From Vulcanimicrobiota bacterium (lineage in GTDB: Bacteria; Vulcanimicrobiota; Vulcanimicrobiia; Vulcanimicrobiales; Vulcanimicrobiaceae), in the NCBI GenBank assembly GCA_963812155.1, contig CAWETW010000003.1, positions 224,001-288,000 of the forward strand: DNA of 64,000 bases, in the 5' to 3' direction. Within the stretch, counting starts at the first letter, position 1; each line of letters starts with the position of its first letter. A program made the position numbers and the translations under genes. Positions 49,196 to 58,505 of this stretch are shown here, in pieces. The notes beneath the pieces were generated by a model. It did no database searches. It was not told the DNA's origin and was given only the letters and a program-made list of their open reading frames with translations.

Positions 49196-49319
49196 GAATT
49201 GCGTCCTTCGCGTGCCGCGGCGTGGGGAACCTTTGGTCGGGCCGCGAGGAGGGCGACCGCGGTGCGGCCAAAGTGGGCGGCTCGCAACGCGCAAAGGTTA
49301 GCAACGTTAAGGAGACACT

Positions 49320-49739
49320 ATGGCGAATCAACTCGAGCCGTATCTATTTTTCGACGGCAAATGCGAAGAGGCGCTCAACTTCTACAAGGGGATCTTGGGT
49401 GGCGAGATCGAGGGGCTGAGCCGTTGGAGCGAGATGCCCGCCGATGCGGGCGGCCCGCCCGTGACCCCCGAAACCGCCCAACGGGTCATGCACGCGAATT
49501 TCAAGTCCGGCGCGGTCGAATTTATGGCATCCGACGCGAGCCCGGGCAAGAAATATGCAGAAGGCCCGATCTCGCTCTCGCTAGCGGTGGACGACCTCGC
49601 CGAGGCCCAGCGTATTTTCGACGCATTGGGTGAAGGCGGCAACGTCGAGATGGCAATGCAGGATACGTTTTGGGGTGCGAAATTCGGCATGTTGACCGAC
49701 AAGTACGGAATCGATTGGATGGTCAGCTGCAGAACGTGA
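49320..49739 (+). CDS. VOC/PhnB family protein
   Basis: PYLFFDGKCEEALNFY, VMHA, TFWGAKFGMLTDKYGIDW. Confidence 0.9.
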   Translation: MANQLEPYLFFDGKCEEALNFYKGILGGEIEGLSRWSEMPADAGGPPVTPETAQRVMHANFKSGAVEFMASDASPGKKYAEGPISLSLAVDDLAEAQRIFDALGEGGNVEMAMQDTFWGAKFGMLTDKYGIDWMVSCRT

Positions 49740-49854
49740 CGGGAGGGTAAGGTCGCCGAGAAGGGACCTGCCGTACCGGGATACAAGGGAGCGCACGCCG
49801 CCGGATTTTCCGGATGGCGTGCGTCATTTTTTTCCAATAAGGAGTTTTCAAGAG

Positions 49855-50238
49855 ATGAAACTATCGGCTATCGTTGCCGCGGCGGTTATCGCCGGCAGCG
49901 CGTTGGGCTTTAGCGCCACCAAGGCCGTTGCCATGACGTCGGGCCAAATGACGGAGATGCAGCAACTCGCCGTGACGGCGCATACGGCGCAGGCGGCAAT
50001 CCAGGCGTCGCCCACCGACTATAAGGCGATGCAAACGGCGATCGCGATGCACAGCGCAAGTTCGGCGCGCACGGTTTTAATGAAGCACGGTTTTAGCGCC
50101 GCTCAATTGGAAGCCGGCGTCATCATGTTCAGCCACGCGATGCTGCCGAAGAAAGTGCAGCCGCATCAGTTTTACTATATGGAGATCGATCCGCAGCCGT
50201 TCAAACTTTCGGTGCACGCGCTGCCGTCGCAGCAGTAG
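49855..50238 (+). CDS. Secreted hypothetical protein
   Basis: SD AAGGAG; Sec signal with AVA cleavage; Met/Gln/His-rich mature part. Confidence 0.6.
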   Translation: MKLSAIVAAAVIAGSALGFSATKAVAMTSGQMTEMQQLAVTAHTAQAAIQASPTDYKAMQTAIAMHSASSARTVLMKHGFSAAQLEAGVIMFSHAMLPKKVQPHQFYYMEIDPQPFKLSVHALPSQQ

Positions 50239-50253
50239 CCGGAGGGTTTCGCA

Positions 50254-50418
50254 CTAGGGGCAGATTCTCGACCGGTCGACCTTCCAGGTTTTTGAATCGA
50301 TCGTCAATCTGACGTAGTGATCGCCGGCGAACACTTCGCATTGACCGTTGCTCGCCGATGAGCGCGCCGGCGCGCGGAGCGTGGGTGCCACGGCGGAGCT
50401 CATCGAGAGCATTTTCAT
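50254..50418 (-). CDS. Small 54-aa hypothetical peptide
   Basis: SD GAGGAG 7 nt upstream of ATG; MKMLSMSS...QCEVFAGDHYVRLTIDSKTWKVDRSRICP*. Confidence 0.5.
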   Translation of the reverse strand: MKMLSMSSAVAPTLRAPARSSASNGQCEVFAGDHYVRLTIDSKTWKVDRSRICP

Positions 50419-50522
50419 GGCGGCGCTCCTCTTGTCCTTAAAAACGCCCGAGCGTGCGCTTCTGTTACAAGGAATTCCTGCGCCGGCCTCCGATGAACCA
50501 GGTCCAGAAAGGAATCGCGCAC

Positions 50523-50768
50523 ATGGCCGACCAGGCACTCAGTTTCTCCAAAGACATTCGACCGATGTTCACCGATCTCGACGTCGAGCACATGCGGCCG
50601 TTCGGGATGGATTTAAGCCAGTACGACGACGTGAAAGCGCACGCCGGCGCAATTTACTCCGTCGTCGTCAACGGCGCAATGCCGCCGAGCAGTTCAGGCG
50701 AAGCGCGCTGGACGCCCGAACAGTGCGAACGCTTCAAGGCGTGGCAGACGCAAAACTGTCCGCCGTAA
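50523..50768 (+). CDS. Small conserved hypothetical protein (81 aa)
   Basis: SD GAAAGGA; SF.KDIRPMF...DL..YDDVK...MPP...W.......FKAW....CP pattern. Confidence 0.7.
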   Translation: MADQALSFSKDIRPMFTDLDVEHMRPFGMDLSQYDDVKAHAGAIYSVVVNGAMPPSSSGEARWTPEQCERFKAWQTQNCPP

Positions 50769-51715
50769 CCGCGCCCTCGATCGAAGCCATCGAATCGGCG
50801 CGCGTGCGCATCGCCGGCATCGCGGTGCGCACGCCGCTGCTCGAGTTGCAGGGCACGACCGGCCCTAAAATTTTTCTCAAGCTGGAGAATCTCCAGCCGA
50901 TCAACTCGTTCAAGTTGCGCGGCGCCGCGAACGCGGTGGCGATGCTCGATTCGCAGCAGCGCAAGCTCGGAGTCTGGACGATCAGTGCCGGTAACGCCGG
51001 GCAAGGCGTCGCCTACGCGGCGCGCGAGGCGGGCGTGCCGTGCACGGTGGTTGCGTTCGATACGGCACCCGAAACGAAAATCGCGCGCATGCGTGCGCTC
51101 GGTGCGACGGTGGTGAAAGCGCCTCTCGATGCCTGTTGGGAAGGTTTCGAGAGCCGCACGTTTCCGGGAATCGCCGGAACGTTCGTGCATCCGTTCGACG
51201 ACGATCACTTCATTGCGGGCAACGGTACGGCCGGACTCGAGATCGTCGAAGATTTGCCGGACGTTGCAACGGTCGTCACCGCGTTGGGCGGCGGCGGCCT
51301 CGTCACGGGCGTTGCATCGGCGGTACGTGCCGCAAAACCGCAGGTGCGGATCTTCGTTGCAGAACCGGAAACGGCCGCGCCGTACGCGCGCTCGATGGAA
51401 CGCGGCAAGGCGTCGGCATTCGAAGAGTGGCAGCCGTCGTTCGTCGACGGTGCGGGTGGAAAGAGCGTTTTCCCACGCATGTGGGAGCGGATGCGCGGCC
51501 TCGTCGATGGATCGATCGTCGTGACGCTCGACGAGACGCGGCACGCGATGCGCGTTCTCGCCGAGCGCTCGCGCGTGATCGCCGAAGGCGCCGGCGCGCT
51601 CGCGGTCGCCGCAGCGCTGAGCGGCAAGGCGGGAGACGGCCCTATCGTGGCGGTCGTCTCGGGCGGCAACATCGATCTCGCAACGTTCTTCGACGCAATC
51701 GGCTCCTCGCCGTAG
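50741..51715 (+). CDS. PLP-dependent threonine/serine dehydratase family protein
   Basis: KLENLQPINSFKLRGA, SAGNAGQG, HPFDD, GGGGL, EGAGA, SGGNID. Confidence 0.9.
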   Translation: MADAKLSAVTAPSIEAIESARVRIAGIAVRTPLLELQGTTGPKIFLKLENLQPINSFKLRGAANAVAMLDSQQRKLGVWTISAGNAGQGVAYAAREAGVPCTVVAFDTAPETKIARMRALGATVVKAPLDACWEGFESRTFPGIAGTFVHPFDDDHFIAGNGTAGLEIVEDLPDVATVVTALGGGGLVTGVASAVRAAKPQVRIFVAEPETAAPYARSMERGKASAFEEWQPSFVDGAGGKSVFPRMWERMRGLVDGSIVVTLDETRHAMRVLAERSRVIAEGAGALAVAAALSGKAGDGPIVAVVSGGNIDLATFFDAIGSSP

Positions 51716-51719
51716 CGCT

Positions 51720-53093
51720 TTATTCCGTGTCGGGCGGGCGCGTATCGAGCGGCTGACGCAGAAAGTAGTTTTTGTCGTGAGATGCGGGTATCGTCGTAAA
51801 GGGTCTCGGCGCTTCCGAGAATGCAAAGCATTTTCCCTCGATTGGGTTGGCGCGCCGGTCACTCGCGGAAAGCCTCGGCAAGTTCCATTGATCCTCGACG
51901 AACTTCAAAATGCTTCCGTGTTCGTAGCGTACGTGCGAAACGCAGCCTTTCTTGGCATAGGCCGAAACCACCATGAGCGGAACGCGAATGCCTAACCCGT
52001 CGTAATCGGCGAGTTGCGGAGGAACGTGATCGAACCATCCGCCGTAGTCGTCCCAAAAGATGAAGACTACGGTCGAATTCCAATACTGCGACCCACCGAT
52101 CGCGTTCACGAGCGATGCCACCCAATCCGGACCGGTGTTTCCACCGCAGTTGGGGTGGTCGGAGTTTTGACAGGTCGGCGTAATCCAGCTCACCGCCGGT
52201 AGATGGCCGCTTGAAACGTCGTCGAAAAAGCGAGTCTGCGGCGTGATGACGTTCTTGTTCCAATCGGGACCCGTGTAGATGTGTCTGACGGCTTGGTACG
52301 CGCTCCAAACGCCGTTTGGCAAGTTGTCGATCTCCGCCGTGTAGTAGCGCCACGATACGCCGGCGCCGTCGAGCTCGTCGCCGAGCGTCGCGTAGTTGAA
52401 GCACGGCTCGACGTTCGGACCGATCGCCCGCTGCCGGGTTACCGTCGGAATCCTCGAGGAACCGCCTTCGCATCCCCACGGCCCGACCGGAAAGTTCACG
52501 CTAGAAGCCGCTTGCGCCGCAATGATGTATTGATGCGAAACGAAACTGCTCGAGTCGAAATTCGACGGAAACATTTGGTCTGCAAAGACGTAGTTTTCGC
52601 CGATGAAGAAGTACGGCTTCGTTTCGTCGTGAGGCACGAAGCTATAGGGAGGGTTGGCGTTGGGGCAGGGCGGGTGCCCGGGCTTTCCGCAGGTCCAGTG
52701 TCCCGCGTCGAAACCGTCCATCCGGCAGTTCGTTCCCGGGTACGAACCGCGACCGTCGCACGCGCTCAGGAAGGTCGACGAATCGTGCTCGAAGTCAAAC
52801 GGCGCTTCGAGTTTTACCGGCAGGAGCGCGATCTTTTCTCCTTGCCGATTGAGTCCGTACGACTGCGTATCGGCACCGGGGAATCCTTGAAAGAGATTGT
52901 CGAGGCTGCGATTCTCCTGAACGATGATGACGACGTGATCGATCTGCGGATAACGCTTTCCCGGCGGTCCGGGCGTTGCAGTGGGTGGCGGAACAACGGA
53001 ACTGCCGCCGCCGCCCGAGCCTCCTCCACACGCGGAGAAGGCGAACGCGCACGTAGCGACGGCGAAAAATCCTAAGCTGCGAACGCGAATCAT
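51720..53093 (-). CDS. Phospholipase C / phosphoesterase family lipoprotein (paralog of 6868-8232)
   Basis: Lipobox FSAC; IDHVVIIVQENRSLD; WDDYGGWFDHVPP; GIRVPLMVVSAYAK. Confidence 0.88.
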   Translation of the reverse strand: MIRVRSLGFFAVATCAFAFSACGGGSGGGGSSVVPPPTATPGPPGKRYPQIDHVVIIVQENRSLDNLFQGFPGADTQSYGLNRQGEKIALLPVKLEAPFDFEHDSSTFLSACDGRGSYPGTNCRMDGFDAGHWTCGKPGHPPCPNANPPYSFVPHDETKPYFFIGENYVFADQMFPSNFDSSSFVSHQYIIAAQAASSVNFPVGPWGCEGGSSRIPTVTRQRAIGPNVEPCFNYATLGDELDGAGVSWRYYTAEIDNLPNGVWSAYQAVRHIYTGPDWNKNVITPQTRFFDDVSSGHLPAVSWITPTCQNSDHPNCGGNTGPDWVASLVNAIGGSQYWNSTVVFIFWDDYGGWFDHVPPQLADYDGLGIRVPLMVVSAYAKKGCVSHVRYEHGSILKFVEDQWNLPRLSASDRRANPIEGKCFAFSEAPRPFTTIPASHDKNYFLRQPLDTRPPDTE

Positions 53094-53159
53094 ATCGTCG
53101 CCGGTTCGCGTCCGCGGCGAATTACTCCGGCTTTCACATCGTGGGAGGCGCGTGGTCGC

Positions 53160-55802
53160 TTGTACAATCCTCCGACAGAAGTGCAACCTGCAGATGCGGC
53201 GGATTCACCCCGGAAAACTGGAAGGCTGGTTGTAATCATCGCGGCCGTGGCCGCGTTCGCTCTGGCCGACGCCGTAGCGTTTTACGGCGCTCTCTATCGG
53301 CCGCTGCTGGATCCCGATTCGACGACCGGCGCATTCGAAGGCGCCGTGGCGCGCATTCGCGCCGCACCTTTGGACGCGCGGCACGACGTGCTCGTGCTTG
53401 GAGACTCGCGCATCTATTCCGGTCTCGATCCCGCCGTAGCGTCGGCCGCAGCATCCGGCAGGTTTCGATTCGTCAACGGCAGCGTTCCGGGAATGACGCC
53501 GCGCTGCTGGTATTTTTTCGCGCGCGCGATCGATCCGGCGGCGAACCGGTTTCGCGCCATCGTCATTCCGTTCGATAGCTACGGCGACGATCGCAGCGCG
53601 ATCGGCAGTCTTGACGGCGACATGCGGCAGACGGATTTGCACTACATCGTTTTTCAGGTCTACCCGCGCGATCTTCCCAAGCTCACGGCATCCTTCGGCG
53701 ATTGGCGCCGGCGCCTGAGCGTCGGTGCCGACATGCTGCTTCGGGGGCCGATCTTGCGCGACGACGTGCAGTCGCTCGTTTCCGATCCGCTCGCGCGCGT
53801 GCGGGCGATACGCGCGGCAGATGGGGCCGCCGGCCAGGGAGTGTTCGACGCGCATCCTCGCAGCGAGAGTCTCGCCGGGCTCAAAGCCGATTTCCGGCAC
53901 GCGCGAATGGTGTTTCCGGCAGGCGTTCGGGAATCCGAGCGTAACGCGATTGCAACGCACGTCTTCGCAGACTTCGGTGCGAGCCCGTCATACGCGCTCT
54001 ATCGCCGGCGGTGGATTGGGCCGTTGGTTCGACGCTACCTTGCAGCCGGCGTTCCGGTAATTTTCGTGCGGCTGCCGACGCGGCCGGCAAACTCTGGAGT
54101 AGCGCAGGTTGTGGGTTCGGCGCTTCGGGAATTTCGAAGCGACGGCGCGAGGCTGCTGCCTCAAACGCGGTACCTCGCGCTCGAGCGCCCCGAGTTATTT
54201 GCCGACGCCGATCACCTCAACGCCGGTGGCGGCAAACTCTTCAGCGCCTTGCTCGGCCGCGACGTCGCTCGCGCGATCGGCGTGAACGCTGCGTCCATCG
54301 TTCTCGGTCCTGGTGCGGGCGAGCCGGCGATTCCGCCGGCGGCTCCATGTTCGTGGAAGCTGCTCGGATGTCTGCGGACGTTCGTGGGCATCGGCAGCCC
54401 GTTGCCGTTGCAGTCGTACGAGTTCTGGATCTTCGTCGCCGTGGTTGCGGCCCTATTCTACGCCCTTCGAGCGCACCGGCGTGCGCGTCTCTGCGTGCTG
54501 CTGATTGCGAGTTACTATTTCTACGCTCGCTGGAATGGCTGGTACGTTCTCTTCCTCTGGATCCTGACGCTGTCGGATTTCGCGATCGCGATCGTGGTTG
54601 AGGCTGCGCCGGCGACGTCGCGCCGCGTACTGTTAACTCTGGGCGTGGCCTTGAATTTAGCGTTTCTCGCGACGTTCAAGTACCTCAATTTCGCAAGCAG
54701 CACGGTGGCCGCGCTCTTGGGAATGCACGAGAACCCCTGGCTGGTGAACCTGATCGTGCCGATCGGCATCAGCTTTCACACCTTTCAAAGCATCTCGTAC
54801 TTGGTCGACGTGGAACGCGGGAAGATGCGCGCGACGAAGAGTCTGCTCGACTATGCCGTGTATCTGTCGTTCTTTCCTCAGCTGCTGGCCGGACCGATCG
54901 TGCGCGCCGGCCTGTTCTTGGGCGAACTCCTGCGTTGGCGTAAACCAAGCGCGGACGACATGACCTACGGTCTCGCGCGAATAGCTTTCGGCCTCGTCAA
55001 GAAAATATGCATCGCCGATCAATTTGCGCAGGTCAGCGACAAGTATTTCGGCAGCATGGGCAGCTATCACGGAAGCGTGCCGGCGATCTGCGCCGTGTTC
55101 GCGTTCACGATGCAGATTTATTTCGACTTTTCAGGATACAGCGACATCGCAATAGGGACCGCGCGGCTGTTCGGATTCGTGTTTCCCGAGAATTTCGTTC
55201 AACCGTACCTTGCGAACTCGATCGCGGACTTCTGGCACCGTTGGCACATCACGCTGTCGACGTGGCTGCGCGACTACGTATACATTCCGCTCGGCGGAAA
55301 CCGGCACGGCCGTTTGGCGACGGTGAAGAATCTTATGCTCACGATGTTGCTCGGCGGCCTGTGGCACGGCGCCCAATGGACCTTTGTGGCGTGGGGCGCG
55401 TATCACGGCATCTTGTTGTCGCTCGAGAGGATGTTTGGCGTCACCGCCGGCGCGAGCGCCGGAGCGCGCTATTACGTGCGCGTTGCGTTCACGTTCGTTT
55501 TGGTGAGCCTCGGTTGGGTATTGTTCCGGGCGCCCGGATTCGCCGCGGCCGGTGAAACGTACATAGCGCTCTTTACCGGAGGGTGGGGACCGTGGCTGCT
55601 GAGCCGCTGGCAGACGGACGTAGCGGTTTGCATCGTGGCGTTCGGCATCCTGTGGATGGCCGTCAGTCGATTGATGCCCAAGGTGTCTTGGAGCGCGCTT
55701 TCCGCCGGGGTGCAAGCTGCATTTCTCGTTGTCGCATTGTTTGCCGTCGAACTGTTCTCGTGGCCCGGCACGACCGCGACGTTTATTTACTTCAAGTTCT
55801 AG
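53160..55802 (+). CDS. SGNH-like domain fused to an AlgI/PatA/DltB-type MBOAT O-acyltransferase
   Basis: N-terminal TM, LGDSR, DADH; then PIGISFHTFQ, FFPQLLAGPI, YFDFSGYSD, FWHRWHITLSTWLRDY, GLWHGA, terminal FIYFKF. Confidence 0.85.
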   Translation: MYNPPTEVQPADAADSPRKTGRLVVIIAAVAAFALADAVAFYGALYRPLLDPDSTTGAFEGAVARIRAAPLDARHDVLVLGDSRIYSGLDPAVASAAASGRFRFVNGSVPGMTPRCWYFFARAIDPAANRFRAIVIPFDSYGDDRSAIGSLDGDMRQTDLHYIVFQVYPRDLPKLTASFGDWRRRLSVGADMLLRGPILRDDVQSLVSDPLARVRAIRAADGAAGQGVFDAHPRSESLAGLKADFRHARMVFPAGVRESERNAIATHVFADFGASPSYALYRRRWIGPLVRRYLAAGVPVIFVRLPTRPANSGVAQVVGSALREFRSDGARLLPQTRYLALERPELFADADHLNAGGGKLFSALLGRDVARAIGVNAASIVLGPGAGEPAIPPAAPCSWKLLGCLRTFVGIGSPLPLQSYEFWIFVAVVAALFYALRAHRRARLCVLLIASYYFYARWNGWYVLFLWILTLSDFAIAIVVEAAPATSRRVLLTLGVALNLAFLATFKYLNFASSTVAALLGMHENPWLVNLIVPIGISFHTFQSISYLVDVERGKMRATKSLLDYAVYLSFFPQLLAGPIVRAGLFLGELLRWRKPSADDMTYGLARIAFGLVKKICIADQFAQVSDKYFGSMGSYHGSVPAICAVFAFTMQIYFDFSGYSDIAIGTARLFGFVFPENFVQPYLANSIADFWHRWHITLSTWLRDYVYIPLGGNRHGRLATVKNLMLTMLLGGLWHGAQWTFVAWGAYHGILLSLERMFGVTAGASAGARYYVRVAFTFVLVSLGWVLFRAPGFAAAGETYIALFTGGWGPWLLSRWQTDVAVCIVAFGILWMAVSRLMPKVSWSALSAGVQAAFLVVALFAVELFSWPGTTATFIYFKF

Positions 55803-57229
55803 GCTGTGCACCACGTCGTTCGCGCGGTATAGTTGAGCGTCGAACGGGAACCGGCTGGGACTCGGAGTTTCCACGTCGCCGTAAACGCCGACGACTTCGC
55901 GTGGGGCACGTTTTCGTCGACGATTTGCCACTCGCCCGGGATCGGCTCCACAACCAGCACGTTTTGAGCCTCCGTTTTGGCGTTGGCGATTACGATTTGA
56001 TACGAGCTTTGCGTCGCACACGAGCCGGAAAAGGCAAAGGCCGTCTGGCGTTTTTTAGCGGTCACGTCGAATGAATCGCCGAGGTGGAGGCGGACCGTTT
56101 CGTTTTTCGGAGTGTGGTCGATTTGGTCGGATCCCATGAACTGGGATAGGCCTCGCGAGTCGCTCTTGTAGAGACGCATAGTCCCGGCGGGAAGCGGAAT
56201 ACCCAGATTGCCTCCGCGGTTTTCAAACGTGAGGTACACGCCGATCCGCTGACGATCGCCGATATCGGCATCCGCGTTTCGATAATATTCAGGCGAGCCT
56301 CGCAGCTCGAGTGTCTCGCGGATTGGAATTTCCGCCGCCGTCAGCAGCGTTACTTGCTTCGTCTGTTTGTCGAGAATGGTCGTGGGACGGCTAAGGGTGT
56401 AGAGGTGGTATTCGAAATAGTTTTCCTGCGAAACTTCGGGCGTAGCGTTCGCGCTGACGCGCGCAATCGTTCGAAGGGCGTAGACATTTGGCGATTGGAC
56501 GACGTTGACGTTACCGGCGACAAGCTGAAGGCGCGCGTTTTCATAGGCCTCGCCGCTCGTGTTGGAGAGCGTCACGAGGCCAGTCAAGGAGAGGCGCGTC
56601 TGGTCCGAGGAAACCACGCCGACATAATCGGCGTGCCAGGCTAATCCGCTCGTGAGGTAACTCAAGTCCAGTACCTGCGGGCCGGCGGTCGCGCTCTCGA
56701 CGTCGAGATCGAGCGTCGGCCGATCGCGAAAGTTCTTCGGTGATGCCGGAAAAATGATGTAGCCGCGCAGCTGCGTTTCGATGCGATCGGCGTACTGTAA
56801 AACGATTCCGCCGTTCGTGCTGAGAATGCGCGCTTTCTCTCGCGTATCGCGCTCGCCGGCAAACCGCGCCTCGTGAACCACCGTCACCTCGCGGCCGACG
56901 TACTTGTCGAGCAGCACCGCCGGATCCAACAAATCGAAGTTGAAATTTTGCTCGACGACGCGGATCGCGCCTGCCGATTCGATACTCTCCAACAGCGCCG
57001 AGGTCGGGTCCATCTGCGCGCTAACGTCTCGCCACGAAATGCGGTTAAGTCCGCCGGTGACGCGCACGGTTCGGCGGTCGTGAACGAGCGCGGTTCCACC
57101 ATTGTAGACCGTCAAGTTGACGGATTGGCGATCCGTGGTCGTCGTGGTCGATTCGCCTGGATCGGCGACGGCCTGCGACGGCGACGCGGAAAGTAAAAGC
57201 GCGACGATGGTAAAGCAGATGCGTTGCAC
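55799..57229 (-). CDS. DUF4139 domain-containing secreted protein
   Basis: Signal peptide; LTVYN...LVHD.R, EQNFNFDL, LSYLTSGLAW.ADY, EYHLYTL, PLPAG.MRLY. Confidence 0.85.
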   Translation of the reverse strand: MQRICFTIVALLLSASPSQAVADPGESTTTTTDRQSVNLTVYNGGTALVHDRRTVRVTGGLNRISWRDVSAQMDPTSALLESIESAGAIRVVEQNFNFDLLDPAVLLDKYVGREVTVVHEARFAGERDTREKARILSTNGGIVLQYADRIETQLRGYIIFPASPKNFRDRPTLDLDVESATAGPQVLDLSYLTSGLAWHADYVGVVSSDQTRLSLTGLVTLSNTSGEAYENARLQLVAGNVNVVQSPNVYALRTIARVSANATPEVSQENYFEYHLYTLSRPTTILDKQTKQVTLLTAAEIPIRETLELRGSPEYYRNADADIGDRQRIGVYLTFENRGGNLGIPLPAGTMRLYKSDSRGLSQFMGSDQIDHTPKNETVRLHLGDSFDVTAKKRQTAFAFSGSCATQSSYQIVIANAKTEAQNVLVVEPIPGEWQIVDENVPHAKSSAFTATWKLRVPAGSRSTLNYTARTTWCTA

Positions 57230-57370
57230 GCGCTACCTCGATTCTGACTTGACTTGATAACGCGCCGCTTCTGGCGATTGTGATGCTCTGTATCGCTCCT
57301 GTGGAGTATTCGTCGATAGCCGTTCGGGACGTGCAAGAGCTAGCGCCTTGCTGACGAACGTGGGTGAGTC

Positions 57371-58465
57371 TTGCAACTATCTTGGAAGGTCGTCGCCTCG
57401 TCGCTCGCATTCCTTGCGATCGCGGCCGTCGCGTGTGCGTCACCACGCTCGTCTGCCATGAGCGACTCTGCGTCTCGGAGTCGCATTCCTCCGCAGTTGG
57501 TCACCTTCGATCTTCGCGTTCACGACGGCGTCCCGACACTGCACGCTTTTAGCTTTGGTGCACCGTATACCGTCGATCCCAGTCGAATTGCGTTCACCGC
57601 TACTCGGCGTGGCGATCCCGCGGCGACCGCGGTGCCGTTGGCGCTAAAGCTCGGGGCACCAGCGCTCGTGCCGCCGGCCGGCGCGGGGAATCGCGGGTCG
57701 CAAGACTATTCCATGTCTCTGGACTTCCCGGGACCACCGGGCAAGCCGGGAATCTATGACGTTGTGCTCCATGCCAAACGTGGCTTTGCCGTGACGAGCG
57801 ATGGCGTCGATCTTCCATTTGGCGACCCGAGCCGCCCGGACGTTAAACGCTGGCAGATCGTCGCGTCGTGGCCCGACACGCGCGCCGGCGATTCGCATCT
57901 GCGAGAGGCCAATCGTCGCTTCGCCGGTCACGACGTCTATGGATACGGCGGTATCGTAATCGGTTGCCCGAACGCGTTCGAAATATATGCTGCCGCGACA
58001 CCAGTTCGCGTGCGTGAGGTCGTGCGCGACCGCGGCCAAGTCGAAGAACTTTGGCCGGGGACGACCGTTAGCGGCGGCGACGACATGGCGCCTCATTTCT
58101 TCGCGGTCGAGCCGTTGCGGCTTTTGGTTGAAAGACCCGCCGTGAAGGCGCAAGGGATGGGGGGATCGTCCGGGTCGACGATCGAGCGTTGTCCGGCCGT
58201 CGTACTTGCAGATTGGCAACTCGACGTGACGCTTTCGCTCTCGCCGCCGCCCCTACGGGCGCCGAGCCGGGCGCATCCAGCGCGTATTGGCATGACACGC
58301 GACGAGGTTGCGTGGCGAAACGGGTATCCGCGACAGTTCAAAGACCTCGACGAGGTGCGCAGGTCCGACCGCTGGGAGTACCCGGGCAGCCCCTTCAATT
58401 CGTTTTGGTTCGAGTTCCGCGGCGGTCGCGTTTCGCGGTTCTCTCCGCCGGCCGAGCAGCCGTAG
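57371..58465 (+). CDS. Hypothetical lipoprotein with C-terminal SmpA/BamE-like motif
   Basis: Lipobox AVAC; C-terminal IGMTRDEV....GYP...WEY.......F.GGRV. Confidence 0.6.
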   Translation: MQLSWKVVASSLAFLAIAAVACASPRSSAMSDSASRSRIPPQLVTFDLRVHDGVPTLHAFSFGAPYTVDPSRIAFTATRRGDPAATAVPLALKLGAPALVPPAGAGNRGSQDYSMSLDFPGPPGKPGIYDVVLHAKRGFAVTSDGVDLPFGDPSRPDVKRWQIVASWPDTRAGDSHLREANRRFAGHDVYGYGGIVIGCPNAFEIYAAATPVRVREVVRDRGQVEELWPGTTVSGGDDMAPHFFAVEPLRLLVERPAVKAQGMGGSSGSTIERCPAVVLADWQLDVTLSLSPPPLRAPSRAHPARIGMTRDEVAWRNGYPRQFKDLDEVRRSDRWEYPGSPFNSFWFEFRGGRVSRFSPPAEQP

Positions 58466-58469
58466 TGCG

Positions 58470-58487
58470 CCACGTAAAGGCGTTCCT
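58470..58487 (+). promoter_or_regulatory. 18-bp leader element shared by the two repeat-protein genes (copy 1)
   Basis: CCACGTAAAGGCGTTCCT is identical at 60874-60891; both are followed by TGGAGGTT SD and ATGCGTCGTTCT. Confidence 0.55.
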
Positions 58488-58505
58488 TGACCTGGAGGTT
58501 CTAAT

